From positions 1 to 10,796 of the forward strand of contig JAYVXL010000833.1 in NCBI GenBank assembly GCA_043785185.1: a stretch of 10,796 nt of DNA, in the 5' to 3' direction. How positions within the stretch are numbered: the stretch's first letter is position 1; each line of letters opens with the position of its first letter. Positions 10,333-10,796 of this stretch are shown here, one piece after another. The notes below the pieces were generated by a model. That model was not told the DNA's origin. It searched no databases and worked only from the letters and a program-made list of their open reading frames with translations. The position numbers were made by a program, and so were the translations under genes. The DNA comes from Myxococcales bacterium (GTDB lineage Bacteria > Myxococcota_A > Polyangia > Polyangiales > Polyangiaceae).

Positions 10333-10499
10333 TAAAAGTGATTGAGTCGTGATTTTTCTGTTGTGGGGCCGGGTTGGTTTCGATATCTATTGCTTCAGAA
10401 GTTCGCGGCACATCAATCCGCGAGCGAGTACGCAACGCAGAAACCGAGAGGGCGCTGCGGCAGGTGCTCGAAAAGGCCGAGAGGTCCTTCGAGTAACTA

Positions 10500-10796
10500 C
10501 CGGGCTGCTCCAGGACGCTTGGCTCGTCAGGGCGAGGCGCTTGGAATGCAGTGACAAAGGCGCTGGTCTCACGATCGCAATGCCCCTCAGGGGCGGCGTG
10601 ACGGAGAGACCGAGCGAGCACGCAAAGGGGGCGACCCCCGCACGCGCTCGGGACAATCGGTGGAAAGCACCCTGGTCTTCGCGCAAACCGTCCGCCTTCG
10701 CGGGAGGGCGGTGGAATGGAGACCTAGGCCAGCCTGTGAGGCCAACCGCGGCCCCTCTCCGCCAGGGAAACCTGGCGCGATGGACCGCGCGAGGCG
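10500..10796 (+). ncRNA. Candidate structured RNA or long structured 5' leader, class unknown, truncated by the window edge
   Basis: No frame here has host-like codon bias. The two frames that stay open to the edge have only about 73% G/C at wobble positions, against more than 90% in the real genes, and give Trp/Arg-rich products.

Nested helices seen by eye:
- GGTCTC 10565-10570 with GAGACC 10606-10611, enclosing GCCCC-TCA-GGGGC at 10582-10594
- CCGAGCG 10610-10616 with CGCTCGG 10645-10651, enclosing GGGGG-CGA-CCCCC at 10627-10639
- GGTG-GAAAG-CACC at 10659-10671
- CCGCC 10692-10696 with GGCGG 10707-10711
- GGAGA 10718-10722 with TCTCC 10756-10760
- GCCAGG-GAAA-CCTGGC at 10761-10776; the GNRA loop occurs only on the plus strand, which is why I assign that strand

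Internal direct repeats are CGGTGGAA at 10658 and 10709, and TGGAATG at 10542 and 10712. Confidence 0.3.

Noticed and set aside
10140-10440. Chromosomal replication origin (oriC)
   Set aside because: There are only two 8/9 DnaA-box-like sites, no dnaA, dnaN or gyrB context in the window, and no clear DNA-unwinding AT-rich 13-mer array. The boxes are kept as a low-interest finding only.
10109-10513. Possible terminal inverted repeats (GGAGCAG ... CTGCTCC) flanking the AT-rich island, as for a MITE
   Set aside because: Only 7 bp match, which is expected by chance over these distances. There are no flanking target-site duplications.
10079-10621. 180-aa minus-strand ORF, plus the small plus-strand ORFs 10164..10352, 10342..10554 and a TTG-initiated 41-codon frame ending at 10496
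   Set aside because: None has wobble G/C bias (about 55-60% by eye), a convincing SD or a recognisable motif. The products are Ser-rich or Arg/Trp-rich, and the 180-aa ORF spans compositionally different segments. A foreign small gene cannot be fully excluded without a homology search.
10600-10660. Glycine-riboswitch-like or c-di-GMP-I-like strings (ACGGAGAG..GCACGCAAAGGGGGC..CTCGGGACAA)
   Set aside because: Only short fragments are similar. GGGGG-CGA-CCCCC forms its own closed hairpin, which does not fit either consensus fold, and the conserved CACCGAAGGGGCAA and GGCAAACC elements are not present.
10648-10735. Partial resemblance to a cobalamin riboswitch core (GGGAcAA..CGGTGGAAAGCACC..GGGAGGGC..GGAGACCTaGGCC)
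   Set aside because: The order of the elements loosely parallels AGGGAA / GGUGnnAAnnCC / GGGAAGGC / GGAGACCUGCC. However, the invariant GCCACUG element is absent, several conserved positions differ, and I cannot test covariation. It should be checked with cmscan RF00174 and is not called.
10500-10796. RNase P RNA, tmRNA, SRP RNA, 6S RNA, or a canonical group II intron 5' end
   Set aside because: None of the universal signatures I remember is present. Those are GGAAAGUCC for RNase P, GGGG...UUCGACGGG at the 5' end of tmRNA, the GUGYG group II 5' end, and a domain V GAGC...GAAA...GUUC hairpin.

Overview
This is a very GC-rich chromosomal segment. Wobble positions of the real genes are almost all G/C. 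Gene content suggests Myxococcota, which is inference only.

I can support seven protein-coding genes:
- (1) the 5' end of a minus-strand hypothetical gene that runs off the left edge
- (2) an amidohydrolase of the D-aminoacylase type
- (3) a TetR-family regulator, translationally coupled to (2) through a GTGA overlap
- (4) a secreted, Cys-rich protein with an FGE-sulfatase (SUMF1/DUF323) fold
- (5) a convergent 1305-aa Ser/Thr kinase with a degenerate cyclase-like module, a STAND P-loop NTPase and TPR repeats
- (6) a divergent FAD oxidase resembling monomeric sarcosine oxidase
- (7) a convergent DJ-1/PfpI (class-I glutamine amidotransferase-like) protein

The last ~890 nt (9911-10796) has no convincing ORF and falls into three parts:
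- a strongly strand-asymmetric C-rich tract
- a ~300-nt AT-rich island (~45% GC in the two 60-nt blocks I counted by hand) carrying an inverted repeat, a perfect tandem decamer and twin CCTGTGGA boxes
- a GC-rich, hairpin-dense stretch that runs off the right edge and looks like a structured RNA or long leader of unknown class

I see no rRNA, tRNA, CRISPR array, transposase or integrase. The many long R/A/G/P-rich ORFs in the six-frame track are high-GC shadow ORFs. All protein calls rest on motif recognition by eye, with no database search.
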